A stretch of DNA of 64,000 nt from Anthoceros angustus (taxonomy: Eukaryota > Plantae > Anthocerotophyta): positions 248,001-312,000 of the forward strand of contig VJWM01000205.1 of NCBI GenBank assembly GCA_010909165.1. Direction: 5' to 3'. The position numbers and the translations under genes are program-made. The notes under the pieces are model-generated. The model was given only the letters and a program-made list of their open reading frames with translations. It was not told where the DNA came from and did no database searches. How positions within the stretch are numbered: the first letter of the stretch is position 1; each line of letters opens with the position of its first letter. Shown piece by piece: positions 11,001-23,474 of the stretch.

Positions 11001-14000
11001 ACATTCAACACCTTAGTGATGCAGAAAATATTGATACAACCATCTTCATTCACAATGCACTAGCAAAACACGATTACTTGTTCTTAAATTCCATCCCTAC
11101 AAAGAGACGAAACACAATTACTTGTTCTTGCGCAGCCTTTTCCCTAGACAGCTTTGTTTCCAACTCTCGTTGTAGGGCTTCTTTTTGTTTTTGGAATGCA
11201 AGTTGCTCTTCTCTCGCGGATGCATCCTATGTGATGTTCAAGAGCGTTGAATCAAGCATACCAGCCCGTCAAGAATTTCAGGTGTCTAAAAGCAAATGGG
11301 ACCGACGGAACAATTCAAGGTCTATCTATGCACCATTTGCAGACAATTTTTTGAACCACATAACACTGCTGTCCCGTGATAGCAGTACAAACATAAGAGT
11401 ATACATTCTTAGTTTTTCATACTGCTCTCAAACCTTCAATCTAAACAGTACCTAAAATATCTGCATAGCATGTGTGCGATCAGTCTACAGGTGATAAGGA
11501 ATACCAAGCGCTGCCGCTTTTTCTGTGCTTCTCTTTCTTTCCTATCACGATCATACTCACGCTTCCTTTCCTTCCTTCTTTCAACAATCTGCAAGAAACT
11601 TGTTCGCATGTCAGAGCCTTATACCTACGAAGTAGGTGTTTAACAACGAGCAGAAATGGAAAAATCAGAAGGTGACCTCGTGGGGGATGGAGGCATCCCA
11701 TTCCTGCTCTGGTTCTTCATGCCTCCGATATTTCGGATCCGGGTGATAGTCACAGTACCTATCCGAAAGACCCACACCACCCAAGGTCCATTACATTTCA
11801 TTGCGAGAATCAAACTTGAAACTCCTGACAGTTCACAGAACATGAGATCCGACTATCCTAGCTCACCAGATGTCTGGCAACGAGGTAGGATCCGAGCAAT
11901 TGGGTAGGACACGCCACTTGAGACAGGTGGGGTTATCGCACTGGACCTGGCAGAAGCATTTCATTTGGGTAAACTCCAAGCACACTTTACCTCCAACAGA
12001 CAGACTGCTAACAGCTGTCCACGTACCCACACGACATCAGGGACATCCTCCGAAGAAGGGCCCTGACCAGGACGCTTTGGTCGTGGCTCAGATTGCACCA
12101 CTGCTGTAGTATTGCGCTCCTTTTTCTCCCACCTACAAAGACGATTGTGTAAACACATATGAAAATGCCTTCAAATGTGCAGCCGCTCAAGAACCGCACC
12201 TACCAGTACTCAGCCAACACATCCGAAAGTTTCTTCAAGAGTCGCCGATAAGCTATTGTATCATCAAAATCCTGCGAAGTGCGCAGATATATCAAACCAA
12301 AGCACCTTAGAAACTACAGACAGGAACAAGAGTATCAATAAGACGTACCTGCTTGTTATGAGTCGGTTGAAGAAAATCTGCCTCAACGATTCCAATGACC
12401 CCCATGCCCCTCTCGTTCTCCTCCAATTGAATGCCCACCTGAACCGCAGACATGTAAGGGAGTTAAGCATGAGAGCTATACAGCTCGACATAGCCAACAT
12501 TAACCAAAAATCCTGAGTATAGCAAATACCCTCATATAGGCCTTGATTAGTCGGTTCCGATGGTAAAGCATCATACCGTAAAGATTCTTGTTCTCTGTAT
12601 TGAACCTACATTACAAGAACCATATCAGACCAAACCCCCTGCCAACGACATATAGAGCGTAATTCAAGATTGTGATCTGCAGTGCAGTTCAAAGAACATA
12701 AACTTAAAAACAGAAAGCAATCTGTCCCACCCTAGTTCAATCTTCAGAGTCTCCGACACTCCAACCGGCTTGTAGGTCTCCGTCTCTTTCATACTGAGCA
12801 AACCAGATATCCTCTTTGTCTTCACTTTTTTGTCACTACACAAATAACCCGCCTTAGTTGGAGGATGGCTCTTCTCTGAGAATGAACAAGATTGCATTCC
12901 ACCAGAAGCATTTGAGGGCCTGTACCGTATGAAGATCTGCATTCGTGGGACTTTGTACAGTATAGCGACATATGCACGCAACGAGTAATCCGTTGTGACG
13001 TCTACAGAGTTGGGCTGCAGAGCAATCACATGATCAGTACAGGGTTCTACCGGATCCACGACAGGTGATGAAGCTTTCCATCAACTAGAACAGGGCAGAA
13101 AAGTGCCAGATTTTCCCCGGGGCCGGTCGCTGAACCTGCCAGGCATATTTTTGCCTCCGATATCAAAGCCATATTGCCTTCGAAGCCTTAGCTGTTGCAA
13201 ACCCAACAGCTAAGACTTCATAATGTAATTGGTACCTGATTTGGGCGCAGCTGCTGAAAGTGCGATGAGCTGATTTCAGACGTTATACGGATGTCATGTG
13301 GGTCACTCTTAAAATCCAGTTCAAGATGACCTTCATGTCGGCGCAAGTGCGATATAATCAGGATCTGCGACAATCAGTGGGTAGACATGGATGAACAGCT
13401 GGACCGCATAGTTCTGTTTTGGAAATCGAAATTAAACATCCCTCTCCAAAAGCTTCTCAGGACACAAGGCATTCCAAGGCTCCCAATACATCTGACAAAA
13501 AGTACTGGTGAGAGTGGACTGACCCCCCTCACAAACAGTGTTCTACTTTGTGTACACTTACAGCTCCAGTCTGAGGAATGGCTTCTAGCTGAGCGAGAAG
13601 ACTTTCTTCATCAGGAAATATGGAGTATTCACAGATAGCCGCCAAGCTTTCTTCAGCATCAAGGTCCATTTCAGATAGTCTGTCTGTCTTGTGGTTAAGG
13701 ATTCTAGTTGAACATCACATCACAACAAGGGGGTCGAGGTGGGGAACGTTAACAAGTATCAGCTATCCAGAAGCAGTTATCGGGAAAAGACATCTCCTGG
13801 AGGATACTTCCATTCAAGTCCCAGGAGACCTGTGGTATAAGAATATCCTCTGCTCCAGTTGAAAGCTGCACCAAGATAGACGTTCAACGTACATTTGTCA
13901 AGAAGCTCAAGAAATCTCATGAGAGGAGGTATCTTCTGAAGGACTTAACGACAAACTCACCAGAAATGTCTGTGAAAGGAAGCCGGCTGTCATACTTGTT

Positions 14001-14746
14001 GCACATTTGGTCAGGACCAGAACATCCTGCCCCAACCGCATCGTTCCGGACTGCCATTGAGCAGTTGAGAACAAAGGAGACCAAGTAGTTAGAGCATAAT
14101 GAAGAGCTAGCATGCGCACAGTCGTCATGACCAAATCAGCTAAACATAACGAGCAAAAACAATGTTACCTCCATGAAAGCAGCAAAATCAGCTATAGTGA
14201 AGAGGATGCTAACCTTGAACCCATTCCCATGCTTGCCGATGGACCTGTCTCCAGCAGTCATTTGCTGCAACATTGAAGAGTCAATCCATGAGCCATGCAA
14301 CTTCGGTACTTAACGTTCAAAGATGCTGCTACGCACAAGCTGCAATACGAACACACCCGTGTCGAAAACAAAGTAGGAAGCTGAGAGCAGCCTCACCTTC
14401 TTGGAGTGTCCAAAACTGAGCATCTTGTGGAGGCGTTCAGGAGTCAAGCCACAGCCATTGTCCATGAACACCAAACAGGGCTCACCGTTGAACTCCTTCA
14501 TATCAATGCAAAATTGAGATGCACTGACATCCGGGTCGATGGCATTGTCGATCAGCCTGCGTTGGACAGCGTACCGTACACGCGATCAAACCAAGACCCT
14601 ACCACGCACCTTTCAACCAGGCAGGAAGCATTATCCGAGTCTTACTCTGCAATAGCTCCAAAAACCCAACGATGACTGGTACTGTTGCTGTGCAGGAATT
14701 TGGGATGAGTGGTGCAGTGCTTGACATGGATAAAGGGCTCTGCCAT
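8017..14746 (-). CDS. MORC: MORC (microrchidia) GHKL ATPase, CW zinc-finger type, with long repetitive coiled-coil C-terminus; multi-exon
   Basis: Spliced exons give [34 protein letters not shown]|[10 protein letters not shown]..., [27 protein letters not shown]|[37 protein letters not shown] and CW domain W|[15 protein letters not shown]...W|YC. Last exon reads [23 protein letters not shown]...GCPL*. Confidence 0.93.
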
Positions 14747-16869
14747 TTGATTCCGTCTCTGTCGGAGAAAGTGGTACCCACGACCAACCGTTCAGCCAAG
14801 CTCTTCACATCAATTTGACCGCGCCATCCTGCGTCTATCCCTCCTCAAAGCGGCAACAATTGCCTGAAAACATAGCCGACCGAGACAGACTCGACACACG
14901 ACCTAAGGCCACGAAGGACCGTTCTTGCTCCTCCCCATTCCAGATTTCCACTGCCCATCAGGCGTCCCTATCCAAACAATTCCATTGCCGCTTCCCAACG
15001 CTGTCCAATTTATCAATGGCTGTGATAGCACCTCGACTGCGAGCTGGAGGACCGTACATTCACCACCACGGCAACAACACCCCCCCTCCGTTCACCTGCC
15101 CATAACGCTGATCCTCCCAAATGCGCAAGTCCTGACTCAACGTGATTAACCAGCGCCCAATGTACGCCCCCGGGGCCACGACACAGCGCAGTCACAGGGA
15201 AGCAGCAGCAGCAGCAGGCATTCGCAGGCAATAGGTGGGGCGGCACAAAATTCGATCCTGCCCACATTCCAAGCCCGATTGTGCGCAAATTGCGATTCCA
15301 GCTCACATGAGGAATGCACCTGGCACCCAATCACAAGCGTTCAAATTCCCATGTCCCCACAGGAGTATCCGACAGCAGGTAGGACAAAAAGCAGATGCCG
15401 TCCGGCTCCGGAACCCGAGGAGGCGGCGTGCGCAGCGCAGGCGAAGGAGAGGGGGAGGGAATGCGAGAAGCGAGGGCAAGCAAGGCGAAGGAGGAGGAGG
15501 TGGGCGAGGCAGCGCAGCACTCAGAAGCGCATTCCGTGCAGGAGGTGGAGGAAGAGGGGGGCCGGGGCCGGAGTCGGAGTCGGGCGAGGGCAGGAGCCTG
15601 ATGAGGGGTCGCGGGCAGAGCGGCTGGGGGGCGGGCCGGCTGTGGGCAGCGTGTCATTATTGGGTGCCATGCGTGGGGTGGTACAGCGTCAGCGGGTGGT
15701 ACATGCGGGCGTAGGCGGGAAAGGAACCCGGGGGCAGGGCCGGAGCTTGGCGCCAAGCAAAGTTCCCAGGAGACAGGGCAGCAGCTGGCCCGGCCTGGCC
15801 GAGTGGGAGTGGGAGAAGAAGCGGAGCGTGAAGGACTTGCTCATTCATGCTGGCCTGCCACGGGGAGGGGTCGCCGTCGCGGTCAGTGCCAGTTCAGCAG
15901 TACATCACCATATGCAGCTGGTGCTTGTGCGGTAAACGGAAGTCGGGAGCAGGGAGCAGAGACCCGGACCCCGCTACAAGCCTGCGCTCGGCCTGGTCGT
16001 GAAAACGTCAGACTACACGCAATGCTTCTCCCAGTCTCCGGCACGGCGGCCGGGGCCTGGGCCGGATTTTGGTGCCTTCCTATTGGCTGAAGTCTCTTTT
16101 CAAATGCCCCGGATTCCTGGCCTCTCTCCACAGCGGTAACGCGCACCAGCCAGGCTTTCCGACATGTACAGATTAGTAGGAACTTCTGCACTTTCCCTCC
16201 GGACAGCAGTCGTGACTCGTCCAGTCCCAAATTGCCCACCACCAGTGACCACCACCCAGCATCCCGCACAACAGCACAACACGCAGAACGCAGAACGCAG
16301 ACCGCACACCGCACACCGAACTCCGACTCATTCCCTCCTAATAAGCAGGATTCAATTTTCATTTGCAGTGCTCAAGGCTTAATTGGACTCGGTAAGCATT
16401 GTTGAACTTTTCAAATGAGTTTTGAAAGCATAAGTCTTAATTTTTTCTCTTCTTATATTTATCTTTTTTATCCTATATATCAAAATTTGTATAGGTATAT
16501 ACTTCCTTCTTCCATCTAAAACTAAAACTATTCTTAGTTAAGCTATCTATTATATCTTTATATAAAAAAATAAGTATGATAGAGTTTATACATCATCTTA
16601 GATAAAATATGAAATCTTCTCAATAAAGACCTAATCTACTTTATCTTTGTCGCCATGTGTATTGGGTCTTGATAAGAGGATATGTATGTACATGTGAAGT
16701 CACAGTCTATACGTTTTGAAAAATCTCATGTATAGTACAATGATGTTTTTTTGTGGCACAAGGTTACACGTACTTCCTCTTGGGAAAGTGTTTTTGGCAA
16801 AGTGACTTTGTGCTTCATGACACTTTGGAAACCACATAACCCAATGAATCTTTTGTGCTCAAAGCTATA

Positions 16870-17460
16870 AGTATGTATGTACTTCGTGGATTGTTGGAAA
16901 AGCAAAAATTGCGAAATGAAAATGTTCCGAGTAAGACGACAAGTATGTACTTCTACCAAGATTGGAAAAGCAAGCAGAGATCGTGCGATGAATATTTTTT
17001 GTGTGAGGTTGCATGTTAGTACTGTACTTGGTCGGCGCTAGGAAAAGCAGACACAGATCGTGCATGAATATTTTGGGTGCGAGTCTATATGTACATGAAT
17101 ATTTTGGGTGCGAGTCTATGTGTACTTCGTTGACGCTTAAAAAAGCAAGCACTGATCGTGCAATGAATATTTTCTGCTCCAAGCTACATGTACTTTGTCC
17201 GATGCTTGGAAAAACGATGGATATTGCTTTTATGTATGTACTTGGTGGAGGCTTTATGGATGTACCTTGTTGACGCTTGGGAAAAAGTAGATCATGCCTG
17301 TATGTATGTACTTTGTTGATACTTGGGAAAGCGCACATCGTGCATTGAATATTTTGTGTGCGTGACTACATGTACTTCTTAGAAGCTTGCAAAAATACAC
17401 ATGGTGCAATGAATATGAACATTGTTTTGGCAGAGCATGTACTTTATCTTCTCAAAACAC
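16870..17460. repeat. Degenerate tandem minisatellite (unit about 65-70 bp, roughly 9-10 copies) in an AT-rich, probably transposon-derived segment
   Basis: Recurring ATGTACTT...GCTTGGAAAAGCA...GATCGTGCA(A)TGAATATTTT(G)...GAGTCT blocks. Confidence 0.75.
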
Positions 17461-18599
17461 CCCATGCACGCAACGTATGTATGCACCTTATCTCGGCAAA
17501 ACACGGACTGTTCCATGAAGGCAATATGTACTTCAATGATGAAAATGTATGTATGTACACACTACACACATTGTATGTATGTACCACCCAATGAAGAGCA
17601 AAATTTAATGAAGAGCAACCTCAGTGTACCTTATGCTATCGAGAATTAGACAGCATAATAAAAAGCAAAATGATACAAGATTGCTCGGAGCACATGAGCC
17701 ACTACTAGCTTTAGAGAGTCATAACAAGTGGCATAGACCTTTTTAGAGTATGTAAACTTAGTAGGAACAATGAGAAATATGCACTATTCACCCACATCCA
17801 TCATAATATCAAGTTGAAGAACTCGAATACCTTCTGTTAAATGTAGGATAAAACCAAAATTTTTAGCATATATTTTATTGATAACGTAATACTTTTGTAT
17901 TTCTAAATATTGATTTCACCCTTATCAAGCAAAGCTGCCTTCATAACATGGGGTCCAAATAGCAAAGTGATGGTAGATGTGTTTTATGATCATAATTTGC
18001 AAAAGAAGACTTCGTAAGGGGCATATGGGTAACCAAAAGTTAAGTTTCGAGGTAGAGAAAGCTCCAACATGAGGAGGAGATTTTTTTTAGCGCTCACATG
18101 AGCGAGGAGATTTGCTTGCTTAGGTCTTGTAGGTAGGTCTGCGTTCTCACTCTGAAATGCGGCCTCGTCAAATTCATGGAGATGAAATTGTTGAGACATA
18201 TATTTCTAACAGATTAGATTATTGTAATGTACAGTAAAGATAAAGATTTCAGCGTGTGCATCTCAGACCTCAGGAGTCAAGAAATGTATCCGCCCCAGAT
18301 GCTGACGGAGGGATGGCCTGCGATACGATCGGGATTCCAGGCGAATTGAGCAAGATATGGCACCCATTACATACACCAAGCCCACATCGAAATGCTATGG
18401 AGAAGCCATGGACATAACATGCCACTCAGGATTTGGCATACGCAAAGCATTTCTCGCTTGAAAGATTGAGACGTAGGTATGTAGTAGCATCATGAGGGTG
18501 TGGTCCAGGAGCAAGGAAAGGAGGTGGGCAGCACTTGCATCTCCCAATCAGCAACAGGCTGAGGGGGGGATGAAAGTGCTGGCCGCCCGAGGCCAGCGC

Positions 18600-20875
18600 C
18601 TAAGCATAGAGGGCTTTCAATTCGGACGCGAAAGTCTTCTTCAGGGCCTCGCGCTTCAGCTTGAGAGCTGCGGTCACAAGGCCAGACTCGGGAGTCCAGG
18701 GCTCCGGAAGCAGCTTGATCTTGGTGGGAATCTCGAAGCGCTCCAGCTTGGACTGCTTGCCCACCTGCGCTAGCGAGCGCAACACCTCCTGCACCGCCTC
18801 CTTCTTGGAGCAAAGGTCCTGGATCCTCTCGAACTCCACCCCGGCCTTCCTGGCCCAGTCCTCCAGCGCGCCCTCCGCCGCCACCACCAGCGCCACCACG
18901 AAGCTGTGGAAGGGGTCGGCGTGCACCATGATGTTGTCCACGAACTTGCTCCCGGCCAGACCCGCCTCCACCTTGCCCAGCGACACGTACTCCCCGTGCT
19001 GCAGCTTCACGATGTCCTTCTTCCTGTCCACGATCTCCAGGCATCCGTCGGGGTGGAACTGGCCGATGTCCCCGGTGTAGAACCAGCGCAGCCCCCGCGC
19101 GTCCGTCTTATAGACCTCCTCCGTCTTGGCTTCGTTCTTGAAGTAGCCGAGGGTGACGCTGGGTCCCCCGATCACAACCTCCCCCCGCGGCATGGGCTCG
19201 TCCGTCACCCGGTACCCGCCCTCCTCCCAGCTCACCAGCTTCACGTAGCAGTGCGGCACGGGCGGGCCAACCCGCCCCACCGAAGAGTCATCCCACTCGC
19301 TGAAGGTGGCGCCCGCGCAGGTCTCAGTGAGCCCATACCCCTGCCCGATGGGCGTCCCGAGGCAGACGTTGATGAACCTCTGCGTGTCCCCAGCCAGTGG
19401 CGCTCCACCCGACAGCAGCCCCCGGAGCTGGCCTCCCAGCACAGCCCTCACCTTCCGGAACACAAGCGCGTCCCAGAGCGCCTTCTCGAGCCCCCACGCC
19501 CCCCACCACTTCCCCTCCACAGCCGCCAGCCGCCTCCGGTACGCCAGATCGAAGAGCGCCTTCACCAGTCCCCCCTTGGCTTCCAGCTGCCGCCGCACGC
19601 CATCCCGCACCCGGTCCAGGATGGCCGGCACGGCCGTCATCAGCGTGGGACGGAGCTCGGACGCGTCCCCCTTGCTCCCCTTCTGGATCTTGTTGCTGGT
19701 GTCAGTGAGCGTGAGCGGAGACCCGTACCCGATCCCCGCCCCGCTCCCCACCATCACCACCTCCGCGGCCAGCTCCAGGACGTGCGCCAGCGGGAGATAG
19801 GCGACGTAGGTGTCCTCCGGCCCCAGCCCCGGCACCAGCTGCGTCATCCCGCCCACAGTGGCCGCCAGGTTGCGGTGCGACATCACCACGCCCTTGGGCA
19901 TCCCGGTGCTCCCGCTGGTGTACATGATCACGGCCGTATCCGAGTGCGATGGCAGGTCGGCCGGGACCGGGCTCTGCTGCCCCCGGGCCTCCACCTGGGA
20001 GAATGCCAGCACCGTCCACCCAGTCCCCCGAGCCGACTCTACCACCTCCTTCAGCTCCGCCTCCTCCCGTCCTCCATGTACACCACCCGGCGCACCGCCC
20101 CGAGCCGCTCCCGCAGCCCCGCCAGCTTCCGCAGCTGCTTCACGTCGCACACCACCGTCGTCACCTCCGTCTCCGTGAGCGAGAAGGCCAGCGCCTCCTC
20201 CCCCAGCGAGGCGTAGATGGTCACCGCGGGCGCATTCCTCCTGAAGCAGGCCTGCGCCGCGATGAGCCACTCCGCGCGCGTCTCTGCGAAAATGGCCACC
20301 CGCTCGCCCTTGCCATGGCCCAAGCTCGCCAGCCCCGACGAGAAATCGCACACCCGCTGAAACGTCTGCGCGTACGTGAGCCACACGTACCCTCCCAGCA
20401 CCAGCTTCTCAAAGGATTTCCCGTCCGCGCTCTTCTGCACCTCGCGCTTCACCAGGGTTCTGGTCCCCAGGAGCCGGTTGTGCGGGAATTTCTCCTTGCA
20501 AGCTTGCTCGAAGAGCGCGGCCAAGGTGGCCGACCCGTCTAGATCCTCCACCAGGCTCAGGAACCTGTGGTTGCGGTACACCACGCCCTCCTCCGCCGGC
20601 TCCGTCTCGGAGGCAGGGGCCAGCTCCACCCTAACCCCACGCTGCTTCGGCTTCTTGCCCCGCGCCGTGATCGCCATCACGGCCGCCACGGCCGCAATTC
20701 CCACCCAAACCCCCGGCATCTTCACTCCCCCAAGAAGAGCAGAACCAAGATCCCTGCCTTCCTTGCCGCGCACGCTGCCCACGCCCTGAGCTTCTGCAAC
20801 TGCGGCCAGGGCCTTTGTAGCTGTCAGGACCAGAGCCAGGGCGGAGATGGCCACGAGGCCCAACAGGGAAGCCAT
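18600..20875 (-). CDS. LACS: Long-chain acyl-CoA synthetase, LACS8/LACS9-like; intronless, with an apparent 1-nt frameshift at about 20066-20068
   Basis: AMP-binding motif [14 protein letters not shown], plus GYGLTET, FYTGDIG and [21 protein letters not shown]. Adding one G to the GGG run (GAC GGG [G]AG GAG GCG) joins ORF 20051-20875 to ORF 18600-20384. Confidence 0.95.
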
Positions 20876-21385
20876 CGCAAAGGGAAGGTGGAGAGCAAAC
20901 AGGAAGGTATCGGTGAGCCCTCAGAACGGCAACTTCAATGACGGGAGGAACAGCAACATCAGCTGCACAAAATGGATATATGTACTTTCCCGCCGGGCTG
21001 AGCTGGGACTCGCTGGAAGCTACACTTGGAAAGCGCAAATCGGCCTGCTGATTCATCGGCACCAAAGCCTCAAGACGCTTCCGCCAATCCGGTGGCGCGG
21101 CCTGGCACAGCGAGCGCGTGTCCTCCCGACTCTTCCTGCATCCACGTTCGCCACCTCGACGGATGCTAATCGTTGCTTATTTGGATGAGCCTCCGGTCGT
21201 TTAGGGCACCAGGCTTGTTTTCTCGAGACAGATGCATGCATCGATGTATATAGGTCTGCGGAAGGCATCGATTCCCGGCCATGGCTCTTAGGGTTCATCC
21301 AGCGGACCGGCATTTTGCTGCACGATGGTGAAGGCATCGTCCTCACAGGCAGCGAGCTGACCGCCATTTGTAGCTGGTGGGAATC
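20876..21385. promoter_or_regulatory. Short divergent (head-to-head) intergenic region, putative bidirectional promoter
   Basis: LACS start at 20875 (-) and MMTAG2-like start at 21386 (+) are about 510 bp apart. Confidence 0.5.
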
Positions 21386-22640
21386 ATGTATCACCCATCT
21401 CGCGGTGGCGTGAGAGGCGGACGGGATCGTAAGGATCTCTTGCTTTATTCAGAATGCGCAGAAATGTGGTGTGCGTGGTTCTTGGGCTCTGCTTGACCGT
21501 GTGGGTGTTCGTGATGCTGACTTGATGATGCTGGGTTCGCAGAATTTAATTGGGACGACGTGAAAAATGACAAGCACCGGGAGAATTATCTTGGCCACAG
21601 TATCAAGGCTCCGGTTGGCAGATGGCAGAAAGGTGTGTGAATGTGTGTGTGCTAAGGTTTGCGCCATGATTCTGTCAGTGTTTGATGCCGAATGCAGAGG
21701 ATAGTGACGGTTGGAGCTGTGATTTGCAGGAAAGGATTTGCATTGGTATGCCAAGGGCGGTTCGCAGAAGGAGGCGGATGCTGCGAGGGCGGAGATTGCA
21801 AGGGTGAAGGAGGAGGAGGAACAGTTGATGCGAGAAGCTTTAGGTCTGGCTCCCAAGCGGGATACTAAGCCACGTGGCAGCAATATTGACAAGCATGAGG
21901 CTGCAGAGCTTTTTAAAAGGGGAGTGAAAGACGATTCGGCTCCTGATTATTCGCCTGGACAGCGTGTGGAAGGCCTTGGATTCGCGCCGTAAGTCACCTT
22001 AGGCCCATCTCTTGTCATGTCAGGTTTCGATCTCAACATCTTAAGGTATGGTTTGTTATGCAGGGCGCCGAAGCCTACTGTTGTTCAACAGGATGCAGGT
22101 GAAGGTTCTGCCCGGAGGAGGAATAATGACAGAGTAAAATCTGAGGCGGCCAGACAGCCTCAAGGACGAGGTAGGGAGGTTTCTGCACCAAGCCGAGTTG
22201 AAACTGTTGGGAGGGAGGAGGAGGAGGCTGGCCCTAGTCAGGTGCAGGCCTCAAGAAGTGAAGCGGATGACTCCAGGAAGAGTAGAGCTGTCAGTAATGG
22301 GAGGGATGAACATGGTATTCGCTCAACGTCCTCCAATGCTGACACAGAGCGGGACGCAGATGTCCTGCCTATCAGAAAGCACGGGAAGGCTGGAACTTGT
22401 GAAAGAGATCGCAAGAACGGAACCGATTCAGAGCCAAGGAAAAGAAGTGAGCATAGAGGGTTGAAGAGGTCACACAGAAGAACATCTGATTCTGACTTTG
22501 AAACCGATCAGAGTGGGGGGAGGGTGACGAGTAGGCACAGAAAGGAGTCTCAAGAGACGGACAGAAGGAGACATGGCGACAAAAGGGTTGCAAAGGAGGG
22601 GCACAGGAGAACTGGTGGAAGGGCATCAGATTCTGAGTAA
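21386..22640 (+). CDS. MMTAG2-like (multiple myeloma tumor-associated protein 2 family) small nuclear protein; 4 exons
   Basis: [14 protein letters not shown]|[30 protein letters not shown]|GKDLHWYAK...[15 protein letters not shown], followed by an R/D/S-rich tail. Confidence 0.88.
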
Positions 22641-23474
22641 TGTGTGGGTGGTTGTGCAGAAGGTAGAGGCAGAAAGAACACTGTCATGATATGATTTTAC
22701 CAGGGTATTGGAAAAGGTTGGAGTGGTTCATAATTGGATAAGAGTACACCTCCTGGGGTGAAGGAATAGCACAGAACTCGTACAATGGGAAAAGTCAATT
22801 CCAAGCCTAACCTTGAGTGGCTAAATGCATGTAGGATGCTGAAGCTGAACTTCGTCTACTTTCCTTAGTAAAAGCGCACACCACAAGTGCAGATTTCTTG
22901 TGCACTTCAAGGTGTCTAAGCAACTATATGTTAGACATCTATTGTGGGCAATATTCAGCAGCTTTGTGGGGCAGTGGTCTCTACTAGACCTGTTGCTTGA
23001 CAGTTGACGTGCAGGTCGTAGTAGACTGCCTAACAGATTCTGTGGGGTTGTTCTTCAATCTGCAATTCTGTATAATCTAGTCTGTGACACCATCTGCACG
23101 CAGTTGCTCGTGGACTTGCATTGTGAGGAAGACACCCTCTACCAGATGGTACAGTTGTTCTCTGTTAGGTTATCTGTGTTTGAATTGAATAGATACTGTT
23201 TGTTTCTGAGAAAGGAGTCATTGAGAGCCTACGCACTCAGCTCTGTTCTTCATGTCGTGCCTTAGTCAATCGGCTCGTATAGTCGGTCCAGCTAGTTGAG
23301 AGTGACAAATATGGCAGCCGTAGATGACTTCAGTCAGACGTTCATCCCCCTCAGTCTGTGGTACAGGCACCTCAAGTAGCTGTAAAAGCGATGCCAAATT
23401 TGTGGATTGAACTTGGAATCTCATCTTTCTCCTATTCGCATTACGAAGTGTTAGTTCTGTACGATCTCCTTTCT

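Noticed and set aside
16870-17460. CRISPR-like array
   Set aside because: Eukaryotic context, no cas genes, and the variable parts are diverged copies of each other rather than unique spacers.
17950-18200. Decayed LINE C-terminal fragment on the minus strand
   Set aside because: Only a faint resemblance interrupted by stops; cannot be supported without a search.
20060-20070. Programmed frameshift or pseudogenisation of LACS
   Set aside because: A single missing G in a homopolymer run with otherwise intact coding sequence; similar homopolymer losses occur at 772-1309, pointing to consensus error.
18490-20542. Long overlapping and antisense ORFs over LACS (also over the VQ gene, e.g. 38775-40229, and the aspartic protease)
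   Set aside because: Expected by-product of very GC-rich codon usage with few off-frame stops; no domain similarity.
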